A stretch of DNA of 64,000 nucleotides from Candidatus Methylacidiphilales bacterium. GTDB taxonomy: Bacteria > Verrucomicrobiota > Verrucomicrobiia > Methylacidiphilales > JANWVL01. The stretch's first letter is position 1, and every line of letters begins with the position of its first letter. The stretch covers positions 813 to 64,812 of the forward strand of contig JANWVL010000082.1 of assembly GCA_025056655.1 (NCBI GenBank), written 5' to 3'. The notes below the pieces were generated by a model. The model ran no database searches. It had not been told where the DNA came from and saw nothing but the letters and a program-made list of their open reading frames with translations. The translations under genes were made by a program, and so were the position numbers. Below, piece after piece: positions 11,159 through 21,751 of this stretch.

Positions 11159-12442
11159 ATGAACGTCACTGATCTTCGCGGCATTCTCACATATATCCCG
11201 CAGTTCCGTGAAAAAACCTTCGTCATCGCAATGGACGGTATCATCGCGGCACATGAAAACTTCACCAACATCGTCCTCGATTTAGCTGTCCTCCGCAGCT
11301 TGAACATTAAACTCATCCTCGTCCACGGCATCTCGCACCAATTGAAACAAATCGCACAAGCCACAGGCACAACCATCTCCAATGCAGACGGCACCGGCAT
11401 TACCGATGCTACAACACTCGATCTAGCGATCACCGCTGCCAATCGCCTCACCCACGAAATCCTCGAAGGCCTCGCCTCCTCCGACCTCCGCGCCGCTAAC
11501 ACCAACGCCGTGATCGCCCACCCCCTTGGCATCATCAGCGGAGTCGATCACCAATACACAGGCAAAGTCGAACGCATAGACCTTGAATACATCACGACGC
11601 TCCTCGACAAAGGCATCATTCCCGTCCTACCTCCACTAGGATTCGATGGCGATGGACGCACCTTCCGCGTCAACTCCGACAGCGTCGCCCTCAGTGTGGC
11701 TGAATCGCTCAAAGCGACCAAAATCATATTCCTCACAGAGCACAACGGCCTCTACAAACAAGATAAACTCATCACCCAGATGTCCATTGCCGAAGCGGAA
11801 GAATACGCCAAAAAATATAAAAACGAAATTCCACAGGCGCTCGTCTCTAAACTCGATCACTCAATACGCGCCTGCCGCAACGGCGTCAGCCGCTCCCACA
11901 TCATCAATGGCCGCGTAGATGAAGCCCTCCTCAGTGAAATTTTCTCCGCTGAAGGAGTCGGCACCATGATTTATGCCAACGAATATGCCGCCATCCGGCG
12001 CGCCCTTAAAAAGGATATCCGCAGCATACTCAGTCTGGTCCGCGAATCCGTCCAAGCCGAAGAACTTATTAAACGTTCCAAACAAGACATCCTCCAAAAA
12101 ATCTCAGACTACTACGTCTATGAAATCGACCGTAACATCGTCGGTTGCGTTGCTCTACACCCTTACCCGAACGACAACAAAGCCGAAATGGCATGCCTCT
12201 ACGTCTCTCGATCCCACGAAAATCAAGGCATTGGAAAGAAACTTATGCTTTTCGTCGAAAACCTCGCCCGAGAGCGCGGTTACAAACAAATTTTCGCTCT
12301 TTCAACACAGGCCTTCAATTACTTCCAACAAAAAGGCGGTTACCTTGAAGCCACACCCGATATCCTCCCTGAAGCACGACGCGAAAAATACGACAGCAGC
12401 AAACGTAATTCCAAAGTCCTCGTCAAAAATTTGACCTCATAA
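11159..12442 (+). CDS. argA: amino-acid N-acetyltransferase (N-acetylglutamate synthase; amino-acid-kinase fold plus GNAT)
   Basis: 427 aa. N-terminal AAK-like domain (FVIAMDG, LILVHG) and a C-terminal GNAT (ENQGIGKKLM). Confidence 0.85.
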   Translation: MNVTDLRGILTYIPQFREKTFVIAMDGIIAAHENFTNIVLDLAVLRSLNIKLILVHGISHQLKQIAQATGTTISNADGTGITDATTLDLAITAANRLTHEILEGLASSDLRAANTNAVIAHPLGIISGVDHQYTGKVERIDLEYITTLLDKGIIPVLPPLGFDGDGRTFRVNSDSVALSVAESLKATKIIFLTEHNGLYKQDKLITQMSIAEAEEYAKKYKNEIPQALVSKLDHSIRACRNGVSRSHIINGRVDEALLSEIFSAEGVGTMIYANEYAAIRRALKKDIRSILSLVRESVQAEELIKRSKQDILQKISDYYVYEIDRNIVGCVALHPYPNDNKAEMACLYVSRSHENQGIGKKLMLFVENLARERGYKQIFALSTQAFNYFQQKGGYLEATPDILPEARREKYDSSKRNSKVLVKNLTS

Positions 12443-12466
12443 ACTTTTCTTATCTATCAACTATTC

Positions 12467-15169
12467 ATGGCCATAAAAGATACCCTTCTCCTTCCCACCA
12501 CGGCTTTCCCGATGAAAGCCGATCTACCTAAGCGCGAACCCCAAATTCTCGCTCGGTGGCAGAAAGAAAACATCTATTCCCGAATCCAAGAAGCGCGCCG
12601 CGGCGCTCCCCTCTTCATTCTTCACGATGGCCCGCCTTTTGCTAACGGCGATGCCCATCTCGGCCATGCCCTTAATCGCACCCTCAAAGACATCGTCCTC
12701 AAATCCAAAACGATGGCCGGCTTCTCTACACCCTTCATCCCAGGTTGGGACTGCCACGGTCTTCCCATTGAACACAAAATGATCAAAGAAGCCGGCGAGC
12801 AATCTAGCGATCCTCTGATCATCCGCCAAAAAAGCGAAGCTTACGCTCGGCGGTATATCTCCATTCAACGCAGTCAGTTTGAACGCCTCGGCGCATTTGC
12901 AGACTGGCAAAATCCCTACCTCACTATTGACCCTCGCTACGAAGCTCAAATTCTACGCACCCTCGCTGATCTTTTAGAAAAAAACCTCATCTATCAAGGA
13001 TACCGCCCCGTCCACTGGAGCACCGGCTGTCAGACTGCACTAGCTGAAGCTGAAATCGAATATACCCCGAAAGAAGATCTCTCTATCTACGTCCGCTTCC
13101 CTCTCACATCCGACTCAGCTAAAAAACTTCAACTCCCAGAAGACACATCCCTGCTCATCTGGACCACGACACCTTGGACTTTGCCAGCCAACCTCGCCGT
13201 AGCCGTAGCTCCACACCTTGCTTACCAAGCGTTTTCAACTGGCCAAGGGGCTATCATTGCCCTCGCGACTCTTGCTCCTCGAATCCCCCACCTCAGCACG
13301 GCTCGACCAATCAGTGCCCCAATCTTAGGTCAAGATCTCGAAGGCCTCACTTATCATCACCCCCTCCTTCCTCGCGCAGGTAAAATTTATACCGCCGCAT
13401 TTGTTACCGACGACACGGGCACAGGTCTTGTTCATATTGCACCGGGACATGGCATGGACGACTATCACCTTGGCCAACAACACGGCCTGCCTCTCCTTTC
13501 CCCTGTGGATGAAAACGGCCGCCTCACCGCAGAAGCACAGATTCCAGAAGTTATCGGCCGATACGTTTTCGATGCCAACCCCACCATCCGTGATCTCCTC
13601 AGCCAGCGCGGTTTACTCTGGGCTGAGGAAACTTATCTCCACGATTATCCACACTGTTGGCGATCGAAGACACCTGTGATCTTCCGCGCTGTCAAGCAGT
13701 GGTTTATCCGCGTTGAGGCAATCAAACCTAAAGCTTTAGATTCCATTGAGCGCGTCCAATGGATTCCGAGTTGGGGACGCAATCGCATCCGTGCCGCTGT
13801 AGAATCTCGAGCTGATTGGTGTATCTCGCGTCAACGCACGTGGGGTGTTCCGCTCCCTGTTTTTTATGATGCTCAAGACCAGCCCGTGTGGTCTCCCGAA
13901 AGCGTTAGAAGGCTGGCTGATCTCGTGGAAAAACATGGGACAAATATTTGGTTTGAATGGTCTTCCGACCAGCTATCTGACGCTCTAGGCCTTCCTCAAG
14001 GTCTGAAAAAATCCCTCGATACCATCGACGTCTGGATCGACTCTGGCTGCAGTTGGCGCGCCGTTCTTCACCCGCAGCTTTTTCCTGCTGATCTTTACCT
14101 TGAAGGCAGCGATCAACATCGCGGTTGGTTTCAATCCTCTCTACTGCTTTCCGTGGCGATAACAGGTCAAGCGCCGTTTCGCAAGGTGCTCACCAGTGGA
14201 TTCGTCGTAGACCTCGACGGAAAGAAACTTTCAAAATCCTCGACCTATCAGAAACCCGTTGACCTCCTAAGTCTCGTCAACCAATACGGCGCGGACATCC
14301 TCCGCCTGTGGGTCGCCAGTGAGGAATACCGCGAGAACGTTCCTTATTCAGAGGAAATTTTCAAACACGTCTCGGATACCTACCGCACCTTTCGCAACAC
14401 AATACGGATTCTTCTGGCCAACTTAAACGGCTTCAATCCAGAGGCGCACAGCGTGCCCTACAACGAATGGCCTGAGCTCGAGCGTTATCTTTTCATGGAG
14501 CTGCAGACCGTCATCCAGACTTGTCGCGAGGCTTATGAGACGTTCGCTTTTCATCGCGTCTATCACACGCTGAATCAATTTTGCGTCACGCGTCTCTCCA
14601 GTCTCTACATCGACGTCCGAAAGGACCGCATGTATTGCGACGGTGAAACCAATCGCGCTCGTCGTGCTGCACAGACATTGATGTATCGTTGTCTAGACGC
14701 TTTATTGAAGCTTTTGGCTCCGATTATTCCTTTTACCACGGAAGAGGCTTGGTCGCACCTAGGGCACCCTGATTCAATCCACATTTCACTTTTCCCCGCA
14801 GTGGAGCAGATCCCAGAGTCAACGACTATCAGGCGACGATGGGAGAAACTTCTCGCGTTGAGAGACCGCGCTCTTGTCGCGCTCGAAGCGGCCCGACAGG
14901 CTAAACAAATTGGTAAAAGTTTAGAAACGCGTCTAGAAATCGTGACGAATGATTTTTCAGATGCGGATGCGGAATTGTTAGCCGAAATTTGTATCGTATC
15001 GCAAGTGGATTTGCACTCGGGCTCGGAGGAAACCATCTCCGTCCACCCTGCTCGAGGCACTAAATGTGAGCGTTGCTGGAAGTATGATGAAAGTGTCGGC
15101 ACACACACAGATTATCCGACACTGTGCACCCGATGTGCGACAGTCGTCCGCGCCCTCCGAAGTGCCTAG
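12467..15169 (+). CDS. ileS: isoleucine--tRNA ligase
   Basis: 900 aa. HIGH-type motif (GDAHLGH), KMSKS-type motif (KLSKS) and a C-terminal zinc knuckle CERCW...CTRC. Confidence 0.97.
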   Translation: MAIKDTLLLPTTAFPMKADLPKREPQILARWQKENIYSRIQEARRGAPLFILHDGPPFANGDAHLGHALNRTLKDIVLKSKTMAGFSTPFIPGWDCHGLPIEHKMIKEAGEQSSDPLIIRQKSEAYARRYISIQRSQFERLGAFADWQNPYLTIDPRYEAQILRTLADLLEKNLIYQGYRPVHWSTGCQTALAEAEIEYTPKEDLSIYVRFPLTSDSAKKLQLPEDTSLLIWTTTPWTLPANLAVAVAPHLAYQAFSTGQGAIIALATLAPRIPHLSTARPISAPILGQDLEGLTYHHPLLPRAGKIYTAAFVTDDTGTGLVHIAPGHGMDDYHLGQQHGLPLLSPVDENGRLTAEAQIPEVIGRYVFDANPTIRDLLSQRGLLWAEETYLHDYPHCWRSKTPVIFRAVKQWFIRVEAIKPKALDSIERVQWIPSWGRNRIRAAVESRADWCISRQRTWGVPLPVFYDAQDQPVWSPESVRRLADLVEKHGTNIWFEWSSDQLSDALGLPQGLKKSLDTIDVWIDSGCSWRAVLHPQLFPADLYLEGSDQHRGWFQSSLLLSVAITGQAPFRKVLTSGFVVDLDGKKLSKSSTYQKPVDLLSLVNQYGADILRLWVASEEYRENVPYSEEIFKHVSDTYRTFRNTIRILLANLNGFNPEAHSVPYNEWPELERYLFMELQTVIQTCREAYETFAFHRVYHTLNQFCVTRLSSLYIDVRKDRMYCDGETNRARRAAQTLMYRCLDALLKLLAPIIPFTTEEAWSHLGHPDSIHISLFPAVEQIPESTTIRRRWEKLLALRDRALVALEAARQAKQIGKSLETRLEIVTNDFSDADAELLAEICIVSQVDLHSGSEETISVHPARGTKCERCWKYDESVGTHTDYPTLCTRCATVVRALRSA

Positions 15170-16470
15170 GTCCGAATTTGGCCTTTACCGCGGATGAGGT
15201 ATTTATAAGAGGTGAGCTCGGGGAGCGCCATAGGCCCGCGCGCGTGGATTTTATCGGTGCTGATACCGATCTCAGCGCCGAAGCCGAATTGGCCGCCATC
15301 AGTGAAACGCGTCGAGGCATTCCAATAGACAGTGGCGGAGTCTACTTCGTTTAAGAATTGCTCAGCTACCTGAGTATCCTCTGTGATAATCCCGTCGGAG
15401 TGATGCGAGCCGTAGGTTTCAATGTGCTCAATAGCCGCTTGCAAGCCGGAAACTACTCGCACCGCAAGGGTGAGGGAGAGAAATTCCGTTCGCCAAGTCT
15501 CTTCCATCGCAGATTCAAACTGTATCGAGCACGATTTTGCATGAGGCGATTCGTGCCACATTTTTTCGACTTCTGGCGTTGTCACGATTTTAACGTTGCG
15601 CTCAGCTAATGCTTGAAAAAGCAGGGGAATGGCTTGCCCTGCGATGGCTTCATCTATCAAGACTGTCTCGACAGCATTACAGACAGCAGGTTTTTGCGTC
15701 TTGGCGTTCAAAATAATTTGCTTAGCCATTTCGAGATCAGCAGCAGCATGCACGTATAGGATGCAAATCCCCTCGTAGTGCTTAATTACAGGCACGCGGG
15801 CGTTCTCCATGACTGTGCGGATTAGGCCTTTTCCTCCTCGTGGAATCAGAAGATCGAGTGAACCTTCAGCCTGCGCCATGGCTATGATTGCCGCGCGGTC
15901 AGTTGTGGGGATAAATTGCACAATCTCCGCTGCCGTAGATGAATGTGCTCGTGCTAGGCCGTCGCGCATAGCTTCGACCAGAGCCTGATTAGAATGAAAT
16001 GCCTCTGATCCGCCTCGGAGTATGACGGCGTTGCCCGTCTTGAGACAAAGGATCGAAGCATCTACGGTGACATTCGGGCGCGACTCATAAATGATGCCGA
16101 TATTACCGATTGGGACACGTTTCTTCTGGATGTGGAGGCCGTTGGGAAGGGTCCATTCACTTAAAATTTCCCCCAGCGGATTAGGAAGCTGTGCGACTTG
16201 TCGAACGCCTTGAACCATCTCTTGAAAAATGTTTTCCTTCAACCGTAGGCGATCCAGCATGGCTGGCGCTAATCCTGCTGCTTCTGCATGGGCAAGGTCT
16301 TTTTGATTGGCCTGGTGAATCTGCTCTCGACGTTCTTCAATTGCTTGAGCGATGGCATGTAGAAGGCGGTTGTAAAGGTCGGGATCGGCTGCGTATTGAG
16401 CAGCTAGGGTGCGCGCTGCGTGACGGGCGTTATGGGCTTTTTCAGCGATGAGGTTTGCTAGGGATTTCAT
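15166..16470 (-). CDS. proA: glutamate-5-semialdehyde dehydrogenase (gamma-glutamyl phosphate reductase)
   Basis: 434 aa ALDH-fold GPR. Its stop shares the palindromic CTAG with the ileS stop (15166-15169). Confidence 0.95.
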   Translation of the reverse strand: MKSLANLIAEKAHNARHAARTLAAQYAADPDLYNRLLHAIAQAIEERREQIHQANQKDLAHAEAAGLAPAMLDRLRLKENIFQEMVQGVRQVAQLPNPLGEILSEWTLPNGLHIQKKRVPIGNIGIIYESRPNVTVDASILCLKTGNAVILRGGSEAFHSNQALVEAMRDGLARAHSSTAAEIVQFIPTTDRAAIIAMAQAEGSLDLLIPRGGKGLIRTVMENARVPVIKHYEGICILYVHAAADLEMAKQIILNAKTQKPAVCNAVETVLIDEAIAGQAIPLLFQALAERNVKIVTTPEVEKMWHESPHAKSCSIQFESAMEETWRTEFLSLTLAVRVVSGLQAAIEHIETYGSHHSDGIITEDTQVAEQFLNEVDSATVYWNASTRFTDGGQFGFGAEIGISTDKIHARGPMALPELTSYKYLIRGKGQIRT

Positions 16471-17282
16471 GGGGATGATTTGTTGCTGGAGGTTTTAGTG
16501 GTGGATTGGATCAATGTGCCGATGGATCGGCCTCGAGCAAGCTGGATCAAGACGTCTGGCGTGCGACCGTTGGCGATCCGTGTAGGGATGCCGGCTTCCT
16601 GCGCAATCCGAGCGGCGAGGAGCTTGGTTGTCATTCCTCCGACAGAGCGAGTGTGAGGGGTGTTGCCAGCCATCGCTTCTACTTTGGGCGTGATCTGAGT
16701 TAGCCGACGGATGAGTTGCCCAGTTCCATTAGGTTTAGAATAAAGACCGTCTACCGTGGTAAGCAGAACTAGTAAGTCTGCCGGAATCATGGCGGCGACA
16801 TGGGCAGAGAGGCGGTCGTTATCGCCGAATTTGATTTCTTCGTAGGAGACAACATCGTTTTCGTTGATGATGGGGATGATGTTAGGCAGCGAGAGAAGGT
16901 AAAGGAGCGTCTTGCGAGTATTGGTATAAAGCTGTCGGCTATCGAGATCGAGATAGGTGAGGAGAATTTGTGCAATGTGGAGGTTGTGGGTTCGGAAAGC
17001 TGTCTCGTAGTGATGCATGAGGAGGGGTTGACCGATAGCCGCGCAAGATTGGAGTTGCTCAATGATTGTGGGGCGTTTTTTGAGATTGAGCGTCGTCATT
17101 CCTGCACCGATGGCTCCTGATGTAACCAAGATTGGATGGATGCGCATGGAGCGTTTAAGAATGGCGATTTGACGGCTCAGGGTGTGGATCTGATCGAGGT
17201 CGAGCTGGCCGTTTGGAAGGGAAAGTATGCCGGTGCCGAGCTTGATAACCCAAGTCTTGGGGAGACGTGTTGTGCGTGACAT
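16467..17282 (-). CDS. proB: glutamate 5-kinase (short form, no PUA domain)
   Basis: The ORF track gives 311 aa from 17402. The canonical N-terminus MSRTTRLPKTWVIKLGTGIL starts at Met41 (ATG at 17282). It overlaps proA by 4 nt. Confidence 0.88.
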   Translation of the reverse strand: MSRTTRLPKTWVIKLGTGILSLPNGQLDLDQIHTLSRQIAILKRSMRIHPILVTSGAIGAGMTTLNLKKRPTIIEQLQSCAAIGQPLLMHHYETAFRTHNLHIAQILLTYLDLDSRQLYTNTRKTLLYLLSLPNIIPIINENDVVSYEEIKFGDNDRLSAHVAAMIPADLLVLLTTVDGLYSKPNGTGQLIRRLTQITPKVEAMAGNTPHTRSVGGMTTKLLAARIAQEAGIPTRIANGRTPDVLIQLARGRSIGTLIQSTTKTSSNKSSP

Positions 17283-17325
17283 CCGTGAAAAGTTGCCTAA
17301 TTTGCCCTGCGGATACAATACCGTT

Positions 17326-17841
17326 ATGATGCGTCGATCTCTGCTGTGGGGACTGATGGCGCTTTTTTTGTGGAGCGGGGTGATGACTTCTCCCGCTACC
17401 ATGGAAGGTCAACCTCAAGCCAAGCTTCAAACGATTAAATTAAGGGTAGGGCAAGCACCTCTCATTACAGCGGAAGTGGCGCGAAGGCCGGGTGAAATGG
17501 CGATGGGGTTGATGTTTCGAAAAAGTCTCGGGGATAATGAGGGGATGCTTTTTGTCTTCGGACAAGAGCGCCGAGCGTCATTCTGGATGGCAAACACTTA
17601 CATTCCACTGACGGTAGCTTACTTAGATCGTGAAGGAGTAATACTAGAGCTGCACGATTTGAAACCCTTGGACATGACGCCTGTCGTGAGTAAAAGCGAT
17701 CGAGTCGCTTTCGCATTGGAAATGAATAGGGGGTGGTTTGCCTTGAACGGCGTGAAAGTCGGTGATCGGATTGTGCCGGAGGGCACCACGTGGGCACGCT
17801 TAAAGGCACCTCTGCCGAGGCAACGGCAGTTTGACCGTTAA
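17326..17841 (+). CDS. DUF192-family periplasmic protein
   Basis: The ORF-track ORF starts at 17227. The likely start is MMRRSLLWGLMALFLW (17326), which gives a signal peptide. The core GMLFVF...FWMANTYIPL is typical of DUF192. Confidence 0.7.
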   Translation: MMRRSLLWGLMALFLWSGVMTSPATMEGQPQAKLQTIKLRVGQAPLITAEVARRPGEMAMGLMFRKSLGDNEGMLFVFGQERRASFWMANTYIPLTVAYLDREGVILELHDLKPLDMTPVVSKSDRVAFALEMNRGWFALNGVKVGDRIVPEGTTWARLKAPLPRQRQFDR

Positions 17842-17859
17842 TCCTATCTGCAAATAAAA

Positions 17860-18648
17860 ATGATTGCTGATTACCACACTCATCCACAAGGGCATCGCTT
17901 ACAGCGGTATGATATGGAACTGCTGAAGCCATGGGCGGAGCGAGCGCTGGCTCAAGGGATTCGTGAAATTGCGTTCACAGACCATGATCGTTATTGCGAC
18001 GGAGTAGCTTTAGAGGCCGTAGATCAGCTGGCCGAAGCCTATCCTCAAGTGCGATTTTTGAAGGGGATCGAGCTGGATAATGATCCTGTTACGGGTGAAC
18101 GAGGTCGACGCTGGGTTGAAGAGCATTGGGAGGAACTAGATTATGTCTTGGGTTCTATCCATTATTTGCCGGGGGAAGCGGTAATGTTTGATTCACTGGA
18201 AGGCGCGTCGCAATTCGATCGACACGGTGTGGAGCGGGCGTATGAGTTGTATGTTGCGGAGCTGGAGAAAATGATGGCTTACGGGGCGGTGGATTGTTTT
18301 TCGCATCTCGATTTGGTGAAAATTCATGGACATCGGGTGAGTGAAGAGGTTAACCAAAAGCTGTTTGTTCCATTGCTGGAGCGGATCGCAAAGGCAGGTA
18401 AGTCTATTGAGATCAATACGGCAGGCTGGCGTAAACCTGTGGGAGAATGTTATCCAAGCCTTGAATTGATACGCGAGGCTGTAAAGCTCGGCGTGACGAT
18501 CACGATTTCATCCGATGCGCATTCTTACGCGCAGCTCGGAGAGGGATATGAGCGGCTAAGGGAAGTGCTGCAGGCTGCAGGTGTGAAGGAGATTGCTCTG
18601 TATCAGCGGCATCAGCGGCGATTGACAGCCTGGGATAGAGAAACGTAG
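17860..18648 (+). CDS. PHP-family histidinol-phosphatase (HisJ/HisK type)
   Basis: 262 aa. DYHTHP N-terminus, FTDHD, and a C-terminal SSDAHS metal motif. Confidence 0.75.
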   Translation: MIADYHTHPQGHRLQRYDMELLKPWAERALAQGIREIAFTDHDRYCDGVALEAVDQLAEAYPQVRFLKGIELDNDPVTGERGRRWVEEHWEELDYVLGSIHYLPGEAVMFDSLEGASQFDRHGVERAYELYVAELEKMMAYGAVDCFSHLDLVKIHGHRVSEEVNQKLFVPLLERIAKAGKSIEINTAGWRKPVGECYPSLELIREAVKLGVTITISSDAHSYAQLGEGYERLREVLQAAGVKEIALYQRHQRRLTAWDRET

Positions 18649-18657
18649 AATTCTGCT

Positions 18658-19668
18658 GTGATCGGTCACCGTAGATCATGGGGGTGGAGTAAGATATCGT
18701 GCGTAGTGGCAGGAACTGTGCTACTCGCTACGACAGGATATCCTTCTGGGGGCTTTAGTCCTGCGCTAATTCCGCTTCGTGACGACTTGTGGCCAGAAGA
18801 GGTCGAGTTAGTCGAAGAGGTAAAGGTTGATTTGATTTTGAATGGTAGGTCAATCGGACAAGCGACTTTAGCCAAGGGGAAAACGTTAAAGTTGCTCAAG
18901 GTGGAAAAGGATAAAGTGGTGCTTGAATTCAACCCTGCCGAGGTGCATGTGCCGCATGAAAAGACAGATATCGTTGCACGGGCAAAGTCGCGATATGACG
19001 GAGTTGGGGATAAAAAGATCGGGCAAGAAAACAAAGTAGACGAAGTAGCAAAACAAGGGATGCAACCTAAAAAGATCGATCATCACCCATCGATCTCCAA
19101 CACAGAGGCAGCCCTTTCATCAAAAGAAAAAAAACTGCCAGAGGAAAATACGAAGACGGATGCCGAGAGCGAAAGCATTGATGGGGGAGAACCAGATACC
19201 GCAAAGGACCTGAATTTTAAGAATAAGCTTTTGGCCAAGTGCCGAGCGCGATTTGTCAAACTTGAAGGTAACCGAGTGAAGTCCTTTGATAAAGATCTGT
19301 TAGTCGATAAAGAATATATAGCAGTTTATTTTTCCGCGAGTTGGTGCGGGCCTTGCGTCAGATTCACCCCAAAGCTCGTGGCCATGTATAACAGTTTGAC
19401 CGAGACGCAACGCAAGAAGTTTGAGCTAATTTTCATATCGCGCGACTACGGAGAAGAAGCGACGGAAAATTACATGATGAAATATAAAATGCCATGGCCG
19501 GCGATTCGTTGGGACGATGTCGATGATCGAAAAAAGAACCCATTTTTGGCCTTTGCCTCATCAGGAATTCCCCATCTGGTGTTGATCAACGCAGAAGGAG
19601 AGATTGTTGAAGACGCTGACGGGAATTACACGGTAGTCATGCAAAAAATCCCATCTCTTTTGAATTAA
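18658..19668 (+). CDS. membrane-anchored thioredoxin-fold (nucleoredoxin/TlpA-like) protein
   Basis: 336 aa, GTG start. N-terminal anchor, a roughly 190-aa extension, then a Trx fold with WCGPC (YFSASWCGPCVRF). Confidence 0.7.
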   Translation: MIGHRRSWGWSKISCVVAGTVLLATTGYPSGGFSPALIPLRDDLWPEEVELVEEVKVDLILNGRSIGQATLAKGKTLKLLKVEKDKVVLEFNPAEVHVPHEKTDIVARAKSRYDGVGDKKIGQENKVDEVAKQGMQPKKIDHHPSISNTEAALSSKEKKLPEENTKTDAESESIDGGEPDTAKDLNFKNKLLAKCRARFVKLEGNRVKSFDKDLLVDKEYIAVYFSASWCGPCVRFTPKLVAMYNSLTETQRKKFELIFISRDYGEEATENYMMKYKMPWPAIRWDDVDDRKKNPFLAFASSGIPHLVLINAEGEIVEDADGNYTVVMQKIPSLLN

Positions 19669-19722
19669 ACGGGTTTGAGGAGGAACACTTGCGATTTGAA
19701 GGGCGAGATATAAGATTGGCTA

Positions 19723-21747
19723 ATGGCTTGCTGTTGCCCGACAACTGTTACTAATGGACAGCCCAAAGCACAATCTCAACAGGAAGTAGAGAATTCTAAA
19801 GTCGAGGGCATCTCACTGCTAGAATGGTTGCGCTTGGGGTTGGCTTTTCTAGGAACGGCTCAGGTGATGATGTTCAGCTTGGCCGTGAATATCTCCGATC
19901 TAAATCAAGGAGAAGCCGACTGGCTTCATCACATCTTGGCTTGGGGAAGTCTTGCCATGATCCTCTTTTTGTGGCCTCCGCTTGGTCACAGAGTTTTTCA
20001 AGATTTCAAAAGTAAACGGATAACGATAGAGCTTTTTTTTGGCGTCGGAATATGGGGCTCATACGCTGCCTCTTTGATGGGATCATTCCACTCTGGAGCT
20101 GGAATTTATTATGAAGTGCCGTTCGTTTTATTTTTTATTTACTACCTGGGCAAAATTCTAGGTCGCCGCCGTGCCTCACAGGCCAAAGAATTAATATCAG
20201 GATGGATAGATTCATTCAATCGCGCCCAAAAGATCTGCGAAAACGGCAGGTTCGAGATCACACCGATCCGCAACTTGCGTCGAGGTGACATAATTTACGT
20301 CGCCATAAACGGGATCGTTCCCATAGATGGAAAACTCCTCAAAGGAGAAGCCTTAATAGATGAAAGCTCAATAAGCGGAGAACCCTATCCCGTCTCCAAA
20401 AAAGCAGGCGACCGCATCCTAGCTGGCAGTCAACCTCTTGATACAGGCATCGAGATGGAAGTGCTCACTTCACTGGATGAAAAACCTCGACAAATTGACC
20501 ATCTGCTGGAACGCCTCCGGGCAATAGATATGAATGAAGCCAACTACCAAAAACGCGCAGACCGTTTTCTGAAATACTTCTTTCCTATTGTGATGACCCT
20601 TGCGTGCCTTGCTTTCGGTATTTGGACTTTAGTTGCATCATGGGAAGTAGGACTGTATCGGGCATTGACGGTTATTGTTGTCGCCTGCCCATGCGCCTTA
20701 GGCCTCGCTACGCCTATAGGCTTGTGGAGCGGTCTTCGTGCGTTAATGCGACGTGGTATCATCGTCCGCTCGCCTGATTTTATCGAACGTCTAAGCGAGG
20801 TAGACACTGTCGTCTTCGACAAAACAGGCACTCTTAGCGAGGACAGAATGCAGCGTATCGATTTCCGAAAAATAAGCGATTTCGAAGAAGAAAAACTAAA
20901 GCTCATGATCAGTGCCATTCAGCGTAAGACGCGACACCCCATTGCTAGGGCATTCGATGATTGGAGCACAAACGTGGATTCTAATCCCTACATCTGTCAA
21001 GAGATACGCATCCTTCCAGGCAAAGGTCTTGAAGGAGTAATTCATGATTCACACACAGGGACGTCTTACCGCTTGATTTTTGGAAATGAAGGCCTTTTAC
21101 AACTCGAAGATAGAGAAAATATCAAAGCACTGACTGATTCAATCGGATCTTCTTCAAAAGAACTTGTCCAGATTTTTGTCAAACTAGACAACAGGCTAAT
21201 TGCAATCATTACTCTTAAGGAAGTTCTTCGGCAAACAGCACAAAGAGCTTGGGATCTATTAAAACAGATAGGTTTAGATTGCCGCATCATGAGTGGTGAT
21301 TCCGAGCAGCGCGTCCATGCCCTCCAGCTAGATTCATCTCCCCTTTGTGGCCTTTCCCTCGAAGATAAAATTGATGAAGTAAAGAAACTTCAACAACAAA
21401 ATCACCGAGTGCTCTTTATCGGTGATGGCATGAATGATGCTGGAGCTATGCGCTACGCTCATGCGAGCATCGCCGTAAATTCTGCCCTTCCAGTCACCAA
21501 AGAAATTGCCGGAGCTGAGCTCAGCGAATCACGTTTGGATCGCATTCCAGAAGCCATTCGTATAAGCCGATTGATTTGTGAAGGATTAAACCGAAATTTT
21601 ATTTTTGCTGCTGCCTATAATCTAGTCGGAGCATCTCTTGCAATTGCAGGATGGATAAATCCTGTGATTGCAGCTTTTTTGATGCTCGCAGCCAGCGTCA
21701 CTGTCACTTCCAGAGCTTTGGCTTGGGGAGAAAAATTACAAAACTAA
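19723..21747 (+). CDS. heavy-metal translocating P1B-type ATPase (no HMA domain; N-terminal CCC motif)
   Basis: 674 aa. CPC in a TM helix (VVACPCALGLATP), DKTGTLS, HP locus (TRHPIARA), GDGMNDAGA. The N-terminus is MACCCP. Confidence 0.9.
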   Translation: MACCCPTTVTNGQPKAQSQQEVENSKVEGISLLEWLRLGLAFLGTAQVMMFSLAVNISDLNQGEADWLHHILAWGSLAMILFLWPPLGHRVFQDFKSKRITIELFFGVGIWGSYAASLMGSFHSGAGIYYEVPFVLFFIYYLGKILGRRRASQAKELISGWIDSFNRAQKICENGRFEITPIRNLRRGDIIYVAINGIVPIDGKLLKGEALIDESSISGEPYPVSKKAGDRILAGSQPLDTGIEMEVLTSLDEKPRQIDHLLERLRAIDMNEANYQKRADRFLKYFFPIVMTLACLAFGIWTLVASWEVGLYRALTVIVVACPCALGLATPIGLWSGLRALMRRGIIVRSPDFIERLSEVDTVVFDKTGTLSEDRMQRIDFRKISDFEEEKLKLMISAIQRKTRHPIARAFDDWSTNVDSNPYICQEIRILPGKGLEGVIHDSHTGTSYRLIFGNEGLLQLEDRENIKALTDSIGSSSKELVQIFVKLDNRLIAIITLKEVLRQTAQRAWDLLKQIGLDCRIMSGDSEQRVHALQLDSSPLCGLSLEDKIDEVKKLQQQNHRVLFIGDGMNDAGAMRYAHASIAVNSALPVTKEIAGAELSESRLDRIPEAIRISRLICEGLNRNFIFAAAYNLVGASLAIAGWINPVIAAFLMLAASVTVTSRALAWGEKLQN

Positions 21748-21751
21748 ATTC

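Noticed and set aside
13643-13651. A perfect DnaA box, TTATCCACA.
   Set aside because: It is a single occurrence inside ileS. There is no cluster of boxes and no AT-rich unwinding element, so it is not an origin.
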